Source: Lentisphaeria bacterium (GTDB lineage Bacteria > Verrucomicrobiota > Lentisphaeria > JABSQK01 > CAJWLW01). Taken from it: a DNA stretch of 45,811 bases. The position numbers and the translations under genes were made by a program. The notes below the pieces were generated by a model, which did not search any database, had not been told where the DNA came from, and was given only the letters and a program-made list of their open reading frames with translations. Shown here piece after piece: positions 20,908-29,856 of this stretch (positions are counted from its first letter, which is position 1; the number at the start of each line of letters is the position of its first letter). The stretch is taken from the NCBI GenBank assembly GCA_963582235.1, contig CAUZRT010000001.1:1-45811 (forward strand), given 5' to 3'.

Positions 20908-21221
20908 TTATTTTGACCAGAATTGTTTTTTTGACAATCAAGCCCCCACAGACCTTCCCCGTTCCCCCAATCCGCAATCCCAAATCCCAAATCATCAATA
21001 CTGTTTACTAAAATCGGATTTTGCTGTACAAACCCAGACCCTCGTCCTCGTGCTTCGTCCTCGATGGATGAAGCATGGGGTGTGCTGACCGGGCAAAGGT
21101 CTCGAGGATGGGGACGAGGGAGAAAGACGAGGACGATTTGGGCGACCTAAGCCCGGTACGGGGATTGCAAAGGAATGCTTAGGCGAACAGTGTCGGTCCC
21201 TAATCCAAAATCCCCAGTATC

Positions 21222-21268
21222 CAGTGTTCAGCAGAGAATGGCCGTGCCAGTTTTGGCAAACTGGAACA
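21222..21268 (-). promoter_or_regulatory. Copy B of the bipartite upstream module (CAGTGTTCAG-N15-TGCCAGTTTTGGCA-GGAACA), 315 nt 5' of the carbamoyltransferase start
   Basis: It has the same blocks and orientation as copies A and C. TGCCA-GTTT-TGGCA at 21245-21258 is a perfect 5-4-5 inverted repeat. Confidence 0.5.
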
Positions 21269-21351
21269 AATTCTTAATCCCTCCTCTTAATCCCAATGCC
21301 GCATGGATTTAAGAGGAGGGATTAAGAGGAGGGATCAAGAATTTGTTCCAG
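21261..21351. repeat. 91-bp hairpin with 34-bp arms built from the TAATCCCTCCTCTT / AAGAGGAGGGATTA motif
   Basis: The left arm ctggaacaaattcttaatccctcctcttaatccc (21261-21294) pairs with the right arm gggattaagaggagggatcaagaatttgttccag (21318-21351) at 33/34 positions. Confidence 0.85.
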
Positions 21352-21563
21352 GAGAGTTTCGAGTTAGCCGGCTTTGCCGAGGCTTTTGATCCGTGATTCG
21401 TAATCGACCCATTCGTAATCGATTACGAGTGAAGTGCTGTTGAATATAAAAAAATAAATTTCTAGACGATCGAGTTTTCCGCCTGAGGCGGATTTCCGCT
21501 CCACCAAGTTCCCAGTGTCCAGTTTCCAGCCTCCACTCACTAATCGCCATTCTCATCTCTTGT

Positions 21564-24185
21564 TCACTCCGCCGCCGCTTCCGGCCCCGTGCGGACGAGA
21601 ACGTAATTCGTGAGATACTTGCGCGCCGCATTGCGAACATCCTCGGCGGTCACCGCCATTATCCGGTCAGTGTAAAAATCCGAATAGTCGTAGCCGAGGC
21701 CGTAAAGTTCATCCACCGCGGCTTGCAATGACACGTCGCTGTTGGTCTGCCTGTCGAGTTTGTCCATTGTCGCGCAAATCGTCTTGGCTTTATCCAGTTG
21801 ATCTGCATCGACGCGATTCTCTCGAATGGCCGCCACGTCCTTCAATATAATGTCGATCACCTCGTCCATCTTGTCAGCTGATGATGCCGCCATAATTCCG
21901 AAGTACCCGGGCTCGATCCCGACAAAGTTGAACGCATGCACGACGTAGACCAGGTCCCGGTCGCCGCCCCGAAGGTGCTGGTAGAGCCAACCGCCGGGAA
22001 AGCCGATGCCTGAAATGACCGCATCCAGAACAATCATCGCATGACGATCGGATTTGTCATATACACTCAGCCCTGGATAGCCAATATAGACAGCGGCCAA
22101 CTGCCGTTTCACGGTCTTGCGCACTTCCCGGTCCTCGACCGGCGGCGGCTGCGGCGCCGGTTTCGACACCGCCGGCGCATCCCGTGAGAAGCTTGCAAAT
22201 GCCTCGCGTACTGCCGTGTGCACTACACCCGCATCGATATCGCCGAATACGGTAATCACGCTATTGCGCGGCACCAGATGATTGTCATAAAACTCACGGC
22301 AGCCCGCCGCATCTATGGCGGAAACCGTATCGGCTTCACCGAGGGAATCGAAGCGATACGGATGCGCAGTGAAAAACTGGTGACGAAATAGGTGCGCCAC
22401 TTCCTGGTCCCATCTGTCCGAACGCCGCTGAATCGCATCGAGCGTGTTGCTTTTCACCGTCTCAAACTCAGACTCCGGAAATAAGGGATTGAGGATGATA
22501 TCGGCGAGAATCTCCAATGCCTTCTCGAAGTCTTCGCTCAGCACCTCCGCGGTCACACCAAAACTGTTGTTCGCCGAAAACGCCGTCAATCGGCCGCCCA
22601 TGTTGTCGAAGGCGGAGGCAATGTCGTCCCGGCTGCGCGTGGCCGTGCCACGAGTCATCATTTCGGCGGTAAGCCGGCTGATCCCTGCCTGCCCCTCGGG
22701 CTCGAGACGAACCCCGCCGAGACACAGCAACCGCATGTTGACCAAGGGCACGTTTGGATTCTCCTTAACGAGCAGCCGCAGGCCGTTCGGGAATTCGATC
22801 TTTTGAATCGGCCGATCCTCCTGTTTGCCGGAATCAACAGCCGTCTCCGCCGATTCGGCTACCGGGCGCAAAACCACGATCGACAGGTTGTCATCATGAA
22901 AAAACGTCTGCGCGACCGCCTTGACATCCTCCGCCGTTACCTTCCGGATCCCATCCAGATAAACGTCGTCAAACTTCGGGTTGTTCGTGGTAATGACATT
23001 GATGCCGATGCTCGCTGCCTCATCTGCGGCCGTCTGCTTGGCAAGAATGTCGCCGGCAATCTTCTGCCGCTTGGCTTTTTCCAGCTCGTCTTCGGTCACA
23101 GGCTCAGTCCGGGTTCGAGTGATTTCCTCGAAGGCCGCCGCTATTGCTTCGTCTACCTGCTCGTCGCGACATGTGCCGTAGACGACGAAGACACCGGCAT
23201 CATATTGGGGGGTGTGGGAATAGGTCGATATGGACGAAACAAGCCGCCGCTCCTCCTGGAGGATGCGAACAAGGCGCGAACTGCGCCCGCGGCTGAGAAC
23301 GAAACTCAGGACGTCCAGGGCATAAAGAGCCGGATCGTCAATGGGAACCGTGTGAAAGCCGAAACGTATGTAGGTCCCGTCGAGGCCCGGCTTGCGGATT
23401 TCGCGGATGCGCGTGCCCAGCTGCCGTGGCTCCGCCGGCAGAGAAATCGCCGGCAACGCGCGCCGCTCGAAATCCTTAAAGGCCGCGCGGATCCTGCCGC
23501 TTACGGTCGCAGCATTGAAATCACCGACGGCGACGATAACCATATTGTTCGGCGCATACATGCGATTGTAATACGCGACAATATCATCCCGCGTCAGTTT
23601 CGTGACCTGCTCCTCGTAACCAATGGTCGGAAAACGTGCGGGATGCACGGCAAACATGGTCGCAGCAAATTCCTGATTGATGATGCGCGCCGGTTCCTCC
23701 CGGCCCTTTTTCAGTTCCTCCAGAACAACACCCATTTCGCGATCGAACTCATTCTGAGGAAAGGTGCTGTTCATCATCCAGTCTGCCATCAGATCGATGG
23801 CATCGCCAACCTGTTCCGCGGATGTGGTGATGTAGTAGCAGGTATGGTCGGAGCTTGTGTATGCGTTGTTTGCACCGCCCAGACGATCGATCGAAGCGGT
23901 GATCTCCTCCTCCGTCCGAGTCCGTGTCGTGCCGCCGTTTATCAGATGCTCGAAAAGATGTGAAATCCCGGCACCCAGGAATTCCTGCTCGGAGATGCTC
24001 CCTGTCTTTACATAGATGCGAACAGCGGCCACTGGAGCCACGTGATTTTCCTTTACCACCACCTGCAGCCCGTTCGCCAACGTCTCGATCTCCTGCGCAA
24101 CACTATGATACGTAACGACCGTAAGGAACGCGACCGCCGAAAACATGACTGACCGCCATCGTCTGCTGAATCCATGTTGTGTCAT
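21564..24185 (-). CDS. Tandem M16 (pitrilysin/insulinase) family zinc peptidase, secreted
   Basis: 873 aa with an N-terminal signal-like segment, the inverted zinc motif HxxEH (HLFEH) in the first unit, and a second inactive-type M16 unit. Confidence 0.9.
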   Translation of the reverse strand: MTQHGFSRRWRSVMFSAVAFLTVVTYHSVAQEIETLANGLQVVVKENHVAPVAAVRIYVKTGSISEQEFLGAGISHLFEHLINGGTTRTRTEEEITASIDRLGGANNAYTSSDHTCYYITTSAEQVGDAIDLMADWMMNSTFPQNEFDREMGVVLEELKKGREEPARIINQEFAATMFAVHPARFPTIGYEEQVTKLTRDDIVAYYNRMYAPNNMVIVAVGDFNAATVSGRIRAAFKDFERRALPAISLPAEPRQLGTRIREIRKPGLDGTYIRFGFHTVPIDDPALYALDVLSFVLSRGRSSRLVRILQEERRLVSSISTYSHTPQYDAGVFVVYGTCRDEQVDEAIAAAFEEITRTRTEPVTEDELEKAKRQKIAGDILAKQTAADEAASIGINVITTNNPKFDDVYLDGIRKVTAEDVKAVAQTFFHDDNLSIVVLRPVAESAETAVDSGKQEDRPIQKIEFPNGLRLLVKENPNVPLVNMRLLCLGGVRLEPEGQAGISRLTAEMMTRGTATRSRDDIASAFDNMGGRLTAFSANNSFGVTAEVLSEDFEKALEILADIILNPLFPESEFETVKSNTLDAIQRRSDRWDQEVAHLFRHQFFTAHPYRFDSLGEADTVSAIDAAGCREFYDNHLVPRNSVITVFGDIDAGVVHTAVREAFASFSRDAPAVSKPAPQPPPVEDREVRKTVKRQLAAVYIGYPGLSVYDKSDRHAMIVLDAVISGIGFPGGWLYQHLRGGDRDLVYVVHAFNFVGIEPGYFGIMAASSADKMDEVIDIILKDVAAIRENRVDADQLDKAKTICATMDKLDRQTNSDVSLQAAVDELYGLGYDYSDFYTDRIMAVTAEDVRNAARKYLTNYVLVRTGPEAAAE

Positions 24186-24201
24186 CGGTATGTCCTCTTA
24201 C

Positions 24202-24239
24202 ATTCAAAACAGGAGATCCTTGGATCTCCTGTTTTGAAT
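24202..24239. promoter_or_regulatory. Perfect 18+18-bp inverted repeat 17 nt upstream of the M16 peptidase start
   Basis: The sequence is attcaaaacaggagatcc-tt-ggatctcctgttttgaat. It lies in the divergent region between the peptidase and HU genes. Confidence 0.6.
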
Positions 24240-24300
24240 TAATTTCCGCTTCGCTCCAACACGCGTTCACGCGTCACGTTTCATGGCTGCCCCTTGGAGT

Positions 24301-24339
24301 GCGATCCGTCAGCCGTCGGCTCGCACTGCGAGCCGGCGG
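24301..24339. repeat. Variant copy of the dispersed hairpin motif, fused to an 11-bp-stem hairpin
   Basis: gcgatccgtcagccg (24301-24315) is identical to the first 15 nt of the 42704-42727 hairpin. ccgtcggctcg/cgagccggcgg (24313-24339) pair with one G-U. Confidence 0.7.
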
Positions 24340-24549
24340 ACGCTCCTCAGAAACTTGGTGTTGGGTCTTTGGTTATTGGTTCGGGGGACCGGTAGATTGC
24401 AGTCACCCCCTCGGCGGGCAGGCGTTCGGCGAGCAAGACGCGAATTGGTCTCATGTGAAGCTGCTGAAGGTACATGATTTCCCCAAAAAAACAATGAACC
24501 CACGCCATTTCGCGACCGCTCCGAGTCGCACGATTTTTTTTGAATTTGC

Positions 24550-24578
24550 TTGTCGCTCTGGCCGTTTCGTGTTATTAT
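24550..24578 (+). promoter_or_regulatory. Sigma70-like promoter candidate for the HU gene
   Basis: TTGTCG-N17-TATTAT lies about 100 nt upstream of the ATG at 24682. It is a consensus match only. Confidence 0.35.
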
Positions 24579-24681
24579 CCCTGCACTAATAATTTACGAC
24601 GCCCACTACCGGTCGCTATTTGGTAATGGTGAGCATCTTCAAATCTGTAATCGACAACTGTTTTACCAGGGGGAGAGTGCC

Positions 24682-24978
24682 ATGACGAAGCGAGATTTAG
24701 TGGTTCGTATCGCCACCGAGACGGGCTTGAATCAACGCGATGTGACCGAGGTCGTGCAAAAGACATTGGATCACATCATCAACGAACTGGCCTCGGCACG
24801 CGGAGTCGAACTGCGCAATTTCGGCGTCTTCACATTGAAGCAGCGTAAACAACGGATCGGCCGCAACCCAAATGAACCGACCAATACGGTGCAAATCCCC
24901 GAACGTATGGTCGTTAAGTTCAAGCCCGGAAAGATTATGAAAGATCGGGTCGGCAGGTTGAATACCTCGTCGGGATGA
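24682..24978 (+). CDS. HU/IHF-family DNA-binding protein
   Basis: The ATG at 24682 is preceded by GGGGGAGAG. The sequence MTKRDLVVRIATETGLNQRDVTEVVQKTLDHI...RNFGVFTLKQRKQRIGRNPNEP...VKFKPGK is typical of the family. The track start at 24550 is rejected. Confidence 0.9.
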   Translation: MTKRDLVVRIATETGLNQRDVTEVVQKTLDHIINELASARGVELRNFGVFTLKQRKQRIGRNPNEPTNTVQIPERMVVKFKPGKIMKDRVGRLNTSSG

Positions 24979-25115
24979 TTTCATTTGTATCGTAGAGGCG
25001 ATACAACCGGCTGCAACTCGCAGTAACTGAACGCGTCCCCGCCGGCGTCTCATAGGCGGGATAACTCGGGGCGGCGCTTGACTGTGATTTGCGGCTCCAT
25101 AGCCTAAGTTGTACA

Positions 25116-25143
25116 ATGACCGATTACCGGTCATTTTTTATTT
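25116..25143 (+). terminator. Terminator-like hairpin with a T-run immediately upstream of the hisS start
   Basis: ATGACCG-attac-CGGTCAT is followed by TTTTTATTT, and the GGAG and GTG(25158) of hisS follow directly. It could be the HU terminator or a hisS leader element. Confidence 0.45.
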
Positions 25144-25157
25144 ACGGAGTTCACATT

Positions 25158-26423
25158 GTGGCGCGTAAAGTCGAGCCATTACCCGGCACTTCGGATATCA
25201 TGCCGGAAGACGCGGCCGAATGGCGGCTCTTGGAAGGGACGGCGTACGAGGTCTTTTCACGCTACGGCTACGGCGAGTTGCGCACCCCGATTTTTGAACG
25301 GACGGACGTCTTTCTTCACAGTATCGGCGAAGAAACCGATATCGTTCGGAAAGAAATGTACACCTTCGAGGACCGGGGCGGACGCAGTCTGACATTGCGC
25401 CCCGAGGGAACTGCCGGCGTTATGCGGGCGCTGGCCAATGCCGGCATACCCCAAGGCGACGAGAAACGGGTCTTTTATATCGGCGCCATGTTCCGCGGCG
25501 AACGACCGGCCGCCGGCCGCAAACGCCAGTTTCATCAAATCGGCGTCGAATGCGTCGGTCGCACGGCGCCCGAGATCGATGTCGAGTCGATCGACATGTT
25601 GATCCGCTACCTGCAAACGATCGATGTAACCGATACAAGCCTTCTCCTCAATACCCGCGGCACAAAGAGTGACCGCCAAGCCGTGGCGCAAACGTTTCAC
25701 GACTATTTCGCCAGCCATATTACCGCCATGTGCGACGACTGCAAACGACGTCTAGATACCAACGTCTGGCGCATACTCGACTGTAAGAACGAACCGTGTC
25801 AGCACCCCATAGACGGCGCGCCGCCCATCGACAAACTCGTGAGCCCTGAAAGCCGCGACTACTTTCAGCGCGTCTGCGACGGCCTCGTCCGGCTGCAGAT
25901 CGATTTTGTCCTCGAACCCCGGCTTGTGCGCGGCCTGGACTATTACAATCATACCGTCTTCGAAGTCGCCTTCGAGGGCATCGGCGCCCAGAACGCCCTG
26001 GGCGGCGGCGGCCGCTACATCATTCAATTGCCCGGATTCTCGCAACCCGTTAACGGCGTCGGTTTCGCCATGGGAATGGAGCGCATCATTCTCGCACGGG
26101 AGCAGCTCGGCTTGACAACCCGCGAGGGCATTACGGTCGACCTCTATCTCGTCAGCCTCGGCGGTGAGGCCCTGAACCAGAACATGGTCCTCGCGCGGCA
26201 ATTACGGGCCGCGGGCTACACCGTACTCATGGACCTCGATGGCCGCGGCATGAAAGCGCAGATGCGCGCCGCCAACAAGCACGATGCCCGGTTCGCACTC
26301 ATTCGTGGCGACAACGAACTAGCCCGCGATAACATCGTATGTAAAAATATGGCGGACGCTGAGCAACAGGAGATTCCATTGGCTGAATTGCCGGACCGGA
26401 TCGGCCGGCTGCTGGCCAAGTGA
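25158..26423 (+). CDS. hisS: Histidine--tRNA ligase
   Basis: It has class-II HisRS blocks ([14 protein letters not shown]-type N-terminus, [25 protein letters not shown]). The start was chosen as GTG 25158 behind GGAG. ATG 25116 and the track start at 25089 remain possible. Confidence 0.9.
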   Translation: MARKVEPLPGTSDIMPEDAAEWRLLEGTAYEVFSRYGYGELRTPIFERTDVFLHSIGEETDIVRKEMYTFEDRGGRSLTLRPEGTAGVMRALANAGIPQGDEKRVFYIGAMFRGERPAAGRKRQFHQIGVECVGRTAPEIDVESIDMLIRYLQTIDVTDTSLLLNTRGTKSDRQAVAQTFHDYFASHITAMCDDCKRRLDTNVWRILDCKNEPCQHPIDGAPPIDKLVSPESRDYFQRVCDGLVRLQIDFVLEPRLVRGLDYYNHTVFEVAFEGIGAQNALGGGGRYIIQLPGFSQPVNGVGFAMGMERIILAREQLGLTTREGITVDLYLVSLGGEALNQNMVLARQLRAAGYTVLMDLDGRGMKAQMRAANKHDARFALIRGDNELARDNIVCKNMADAEQQEIPLAELPDRIGRLLAK

Positions 26424-26463
26424 TGCAAATCTAAACTTCTCGAACTTTTCCACACACACTCTC

Positions 26464-28236
26464 ATGAAAAGAACACACACATGCGGCCAACTCACCACCG
26501 CCGATAATGGCGAGAAGGTCGTCCTCAGCGGCTGGGTCAACAGCCGCCGCGACCTGGGCGGCTTGATTTTCATCGACCTGCGCGATCGCCAGGGAATCAC
26601 TCAAATTGTCATCAACCCCGACGATGTCCCCAGTGCCGCGGAACAGGCAAAGGCAATCCGTGAGGAATGGGTCGTTTCCGCCGCTGGTAACGTGCGGGCA
26701 CGCCCTGCCGACACGGTCAATCCTAATCTGGGGACCGGCGAGGTCGAAGTCGTTGTCGCCGATATTGAAGTCGAAAATCGATCACAACCAATGCCGTACA
26801 ATTTCGACGATCCACAGACCAGCGAAGACCTGCGCCTGAAGTACCGGTATCTCGAGATGCGCCGCTCAAACCTGGGCCGAAATTTGCAGCTGCGGCACCG
26901 GATTACGAAGGTCGTTCGTGATTATTTTGACGGCCAGGGATTCGTCGACGTCGAAACCCCCATCCTCTCGAAGAGCACGCCCGAGGGCGCGCGCGATTAC
27001 CTCGTGCCCAGTCGCGTTTTTCCGGGACAATTCTTTGCCCTGCCACAGGCGCCGCAGCAGTACAAACAGATTCTCATGGTCGGCGGCATCGAGCGATATT
27101 TCCAGATCGCCCACTGCTTTCGTGATGAGGATCTCCGTGCCGATCGGCAGCCGGAATTCACGCAGATTGATGTCGAGATGTCGTTCGTTACCGCCGAGGA
27201 CATCTACGAAGTCATCGAGGGCATGCTTGCAGCCGTCATGCTGGAAATCAAGAGTGTCGAGATCGAACGGCCCTTTCGCCGATTGGCTTACACAGAGGCA
27301 ATGAATACCTACGGCACCGATAAACCCGATACCCGATTCGAGATGACGCTCGTGGATCTCACCGAAGCCGTCAAGAATTCGGAGTTTCAGGTCTTCAGGA
27401 ATACAGCTGCCGCTGGCGGTGTCGTCAAGGCGATCACTGCCAAAGCCCATGCTGAGATCGCGTCGCGCAAGAAGATCGCCGAATGGACCGAAGTCGTAAA
27501 ACTCTCCCGGGCCAAAGGCCTCATCCATCTCAAGGTCGAGACCAACGGACAGGCAAAATCGCCAATAGCCAAGTTCCTCAGCGAAGAGGAAATCGCCGCC
27601 ATTGTCAGCGCCTGCGGTGCCGAGCCGAACGACGTCATTTTCGTGGTCGCCGATCAACCCCCGATCGCTTGTTCGGCGCTCGGCCGGCTGCGGCTCGATA
27701 TTGCAGAGTCCGCAAACCTGATGCCGGCAGACCGCTATGATTTCCTCTGGGTCGACCACTTTCCGCTGCTTGAATACGACGAAGAAGAACAGCGTTACGG
27801 CGCTATGCACCACCCGTTCACCAGCCCGTTGCCCGAAGACATGGACAAACTCGAAAGCGATCCGGCCATTGTCAGGTCCCAGGCCTATGACGTGGTCATG
27901 AATGGCGTCGAAATCGGCGGCGGCAGCATCAGAATTCACAATTCCGATTTGCAGGCACGAATGTTCAAGGTCCTCGGTATCAGCGACGACGAGGCGAAGC
28001 TGCGGTTCGGCCATCTGCTTGAAGCGCTGGCCCTCGGCGCACCGCCGCACGGCGGCATCGCTCTCGGCTTCGATCGCCTCGTCATGCTGCTCAGCGGCGC
28101 GGCTTCGATCCGCGACGTCATTGCCTTTCCCAAGACGACCCGCTCCGCCTGCCTGATGACAAACTCGCCCAGCACTGTGGACGCCGGACAGCTCGACGAA
28201 CTCGGCATCGCCGTCAAGGACAGCACGCCGGACTGA
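26464..28236 (+). CDS. aspS: Aspartate--tRNA ligase (bacterial type)
   Basis: 590 aa with an OB-fold N-terminus, motif 2 [24 protein letters not shown], an insertion domain, and GGGSIRIH / GIALGFDRL. Confidence 0.95.
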   Translation: MKRTHTCGQLTTADNGEKVVLSGWVNSRRDLGGLIFIDLRDRQGITQIVINPDDVPSAAEQAKAIREEWVVSAAGNVRARPADTVNPNLGTGEVEVVVADIEVENRSQPMPYNFDDPQTSEDLRLKYRYLEMRRSNLGRNLQLRHRITKVVRDYFDGQGFVDVETPILSKSTPEGARDYLVPSRVFPGQFFALPQAPQQYKQILMVGGIERYFQIAHCFRDEDLRADRQPEFTQIDVEMSFVTAEDIYEVIEGMLAAVMLEIKSVEIERPFRRLAYTEAMNTYGTDKPDTRFEMTLVDLTEAVKNSEFQVFRNTAAAGGVVKAITAKAHAEIASRKKIAEWTEVVKLSRAKGLIHLKVETNGQAKSPIAKFLSEEEIAAIVSACGAEPNDVIFVVADQPPIACSALGRLRLDIAESANLMPADRYDFLWVDHFPLLEYDEEEQRYGAMHHPFTSPLPEDMDKLESDPAIVRSQAYDVVMNGVEIGGGSIRIHNSDLQARMFKVLGISDDEAKLRFGHLLEALALGAPPHGGIALGFDRLVMLLSGAASIRDVIAFPKTTRSACLMTNSPSTVDAGQLDELGIAVKDSTPD

Positions 28237-28597
28237 GCATCAACGCAAAGACAAGCACCGAGACGGAAGCGTGCAACGTTACATTGAAGAGATGGTAGCC
28301 GCGGGGGTCATCGGCACCGAAGGCATAATTGAGAGAAAGTGGGATGGACGTCAGCGGGCGGTACAGGAACAGGTTGCCGCCGTTCAGTCTGAAGTCGCGG
28401 CGGAAATGCTCCGGAACATTCGAGAGATCTCGGATCAGCACGTTTTGTTCGACAATCAATTGGTCGTCGAGCACAAAACCGTTATCCAGTGAATTCCAGA
28501 AAACGAAGCATGCCAATACCGGCGCCAGCAGCCACCATGCCCACTGGTGTCGGCCCGGGATGACTGAGGCAGCGGTATGTTGGGGTCTCGGAGACAA
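28214..28597 (-). pseudogene. N-terminal stub (~125 aa) of a PMT/TMTC-like membrane glycosyltransferase/TPR protein
   Basis: The minus frame reads ...WWLLAPVLACFVFWNSLDNGFVLDDQLIVEQNVLIRDLSNVPEHF...LYRPLTSIPLSLNYAFGADDPRGYHLFNVTLHASVSVLVFAL. This N-terminal signature (F.DD...I..N..., YRPL, GYH..N..LH) normally belongs to proteins several-fold longer. The frame stops inside the 3' end of convergent aspS. A possible TTG start at 28597 sits behind GGAG. Confidence 0.55.
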
Positions 28598-28611
28598 TTG
28601 GGATTCTCCGT

Positions 28612-29856
28612 TTAGTCGGCAGGCGCCGGTCGCACGAATCCCGGCAGCAGAATCACCACGACAGACATGCCGATCACCGCTGTGACCGCCATCGCGGCCA
28701 CCGTGATCGGTGCCCCGAATGTTACCACCATGCCGCTGCACTGAAGACAGCCCAGCGGCCAACCGCCGATTGCCAGGACCAAAGCCGCCAAGGCACGGCC
28801 CCGCATCTCGTCGTTGGATTCGCTCAGGATGATGCCGCTCTGCATTGTACTGAAACCCGCCTGCCCGATTCCGGCCACCAACATCAGGACCAGGGACAGC
28901 GCAAACACTCCGGACAACGAAAAGAAAAAGATCGCTACGCAGCACAGCATGGATCCGGCGACAAAAATCAAGGGGTGGCCGTAACGTCGTCGGCCCCATC
29001 GGACAATGTTGAGACCTATGAGGGAGCCCAGGCCGAAAAAGCCGGCCAGCACACCCAGCCCCAGGGGACCGCGCCCGAGTATGTCACGCGCGAATACAGG
29101 CAGCAACGTTTGAACAGGAAAGACCCACGCGTTGATTAGCACCGTTATCAGCAGGACCCCGCGAATACGTGGTTTCCGGCGTACATAACGCAATCCGTCC
29201 TGCAATCGAAGCACCGCATCCGTCAAGCCTATCGAACTGCTCGGCGCCCTCGAATCCGTTTTCAGACCCAGTAACATGACCAATGACCCACAGCCGATGG
29301 CGACGATCAGCATGAGGGCGCCGGCGTTGCCAACCCATGCCATCAACACCCCGCCGGCGAGCGGCCCCAGAAACCATGCCAGACCGAGCGTGATGTTCTC
29401 CAGCAGCATGGCGTCAACGATCCTGTCACGTCCCACAAGATCCGGAAAGAGCGCCCGCCGGGTCGACCAATCAAGCGTCCAGACCGTGCCGTTGATCAAA
29501 GAGACGCCGGCAATGTGCCAATAGCGCAACCATCCAAACCATACCAACAGCAACAGCACGGCAATCCCGATCGTCATGATGACCTGCAGAACTACCAGCA
29601 GATCGCGGCGGCGGAAGCGGTCCGCTATCGGGGATGTGAAGACCCCGAGCAGCAACGGCACCGCCCGACAGAAGCCGACCATGGCAACCTTCCAGGGGGA
29701 GTTCGTTAATTCCAGCGCCAACCAGCCCAGAACGATCTGCTCCATCCACAGCCCGTGCCACCAAAGGCCGTTCGACAGCCACAGCCGCCGGAAATCCCGG
29801 TTGCGCAACAGTGACGGTCTTCTGGAAGTCCGATCAGGTTCAACAATTCCTTTCAT
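28612..29856 (-). CDS. MFS transporter
   Basis: About 12 TM helices, with RNRDFRRLWLSNGLWW... at the N-terminus. The ATG at 29856 (MKGIVEPD...) is preferred over the track start at 29943. Confidence 0.85.
   Translation of the reverse strand: MKGIVEPDRTSRRPSLLRNRDFRRLWLSNGLWWHGLWMEQIVLGWLALELTNSPWKVAMVGFCRAVPLLLGVFTSPIADRFRRRDLLVVLQVIMTIGIAVLLLLVWFGWLRYWHIAGVSLINGTVWTLDWSTRRALFPDLVGRDRIVDAMLLENITLGLAWFLGPLAGGVLMAWVGNAGALMLIVAIGCGSLVMLLGLKTDSRAPSSSIGLTDAVLRLQDGLRYVRRKPRIRGVLLITVLINAWVFPVQTLLPVFARDILGRGPLGLGVLAGFFGLGSLIGLNIVRWGRRRYGHPLIFVAGSMLCCVAIFFFSLSGVFALSLVLMLVAGIGQAGFSTMQSGIILSESNDEMRGRALAALVLAIGGWPLGCLQCSGMVVTFGAPITVAAMAVTAVIGMSVVVILLPGFVRPAPAD

Noticed and set aside
21271-21340. Direct 13-mer repeats (GGGATTAAGAGGA x2), and heptamer tracts elsewhere, considered as a CRISPR array.
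   Set aside because: The repeats are far too short, are contiguous without spacers and form hairpin arms. No cas genes are present in the window.
24979-25157. A T-box or other riboswitch in the hisS leader.
   Set aside because: The leader is only ~180 nt. It lacks the T-box consensus and a specifier-loop architecture. Only a simple hairpin plus T-run is visible.
26866-28050. 394-aa minus ORF antisense to aspS. The same reasoning applies to 22803-23963 (+) in the M16 gene, 13956-14900 (-) in sufD, 12682-13512 (-) in sufC, 39140-40000 (-) in the metallohydrolase gene and 7882-8646 (-) in the AGCS gene.
   Set aside because: Each lies wholly inside a gene with unambiguous family motifs on the other strand or in another frame. 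None has recognisable domains.
28214-28999. 261-aa minus ORF treated as a single gene.
   Set aside because: Its upstream two thirds overlap the MFS transporter out of frame and look like noise. Only the last ~125 codons (28214-28597) carry a real protein signature.
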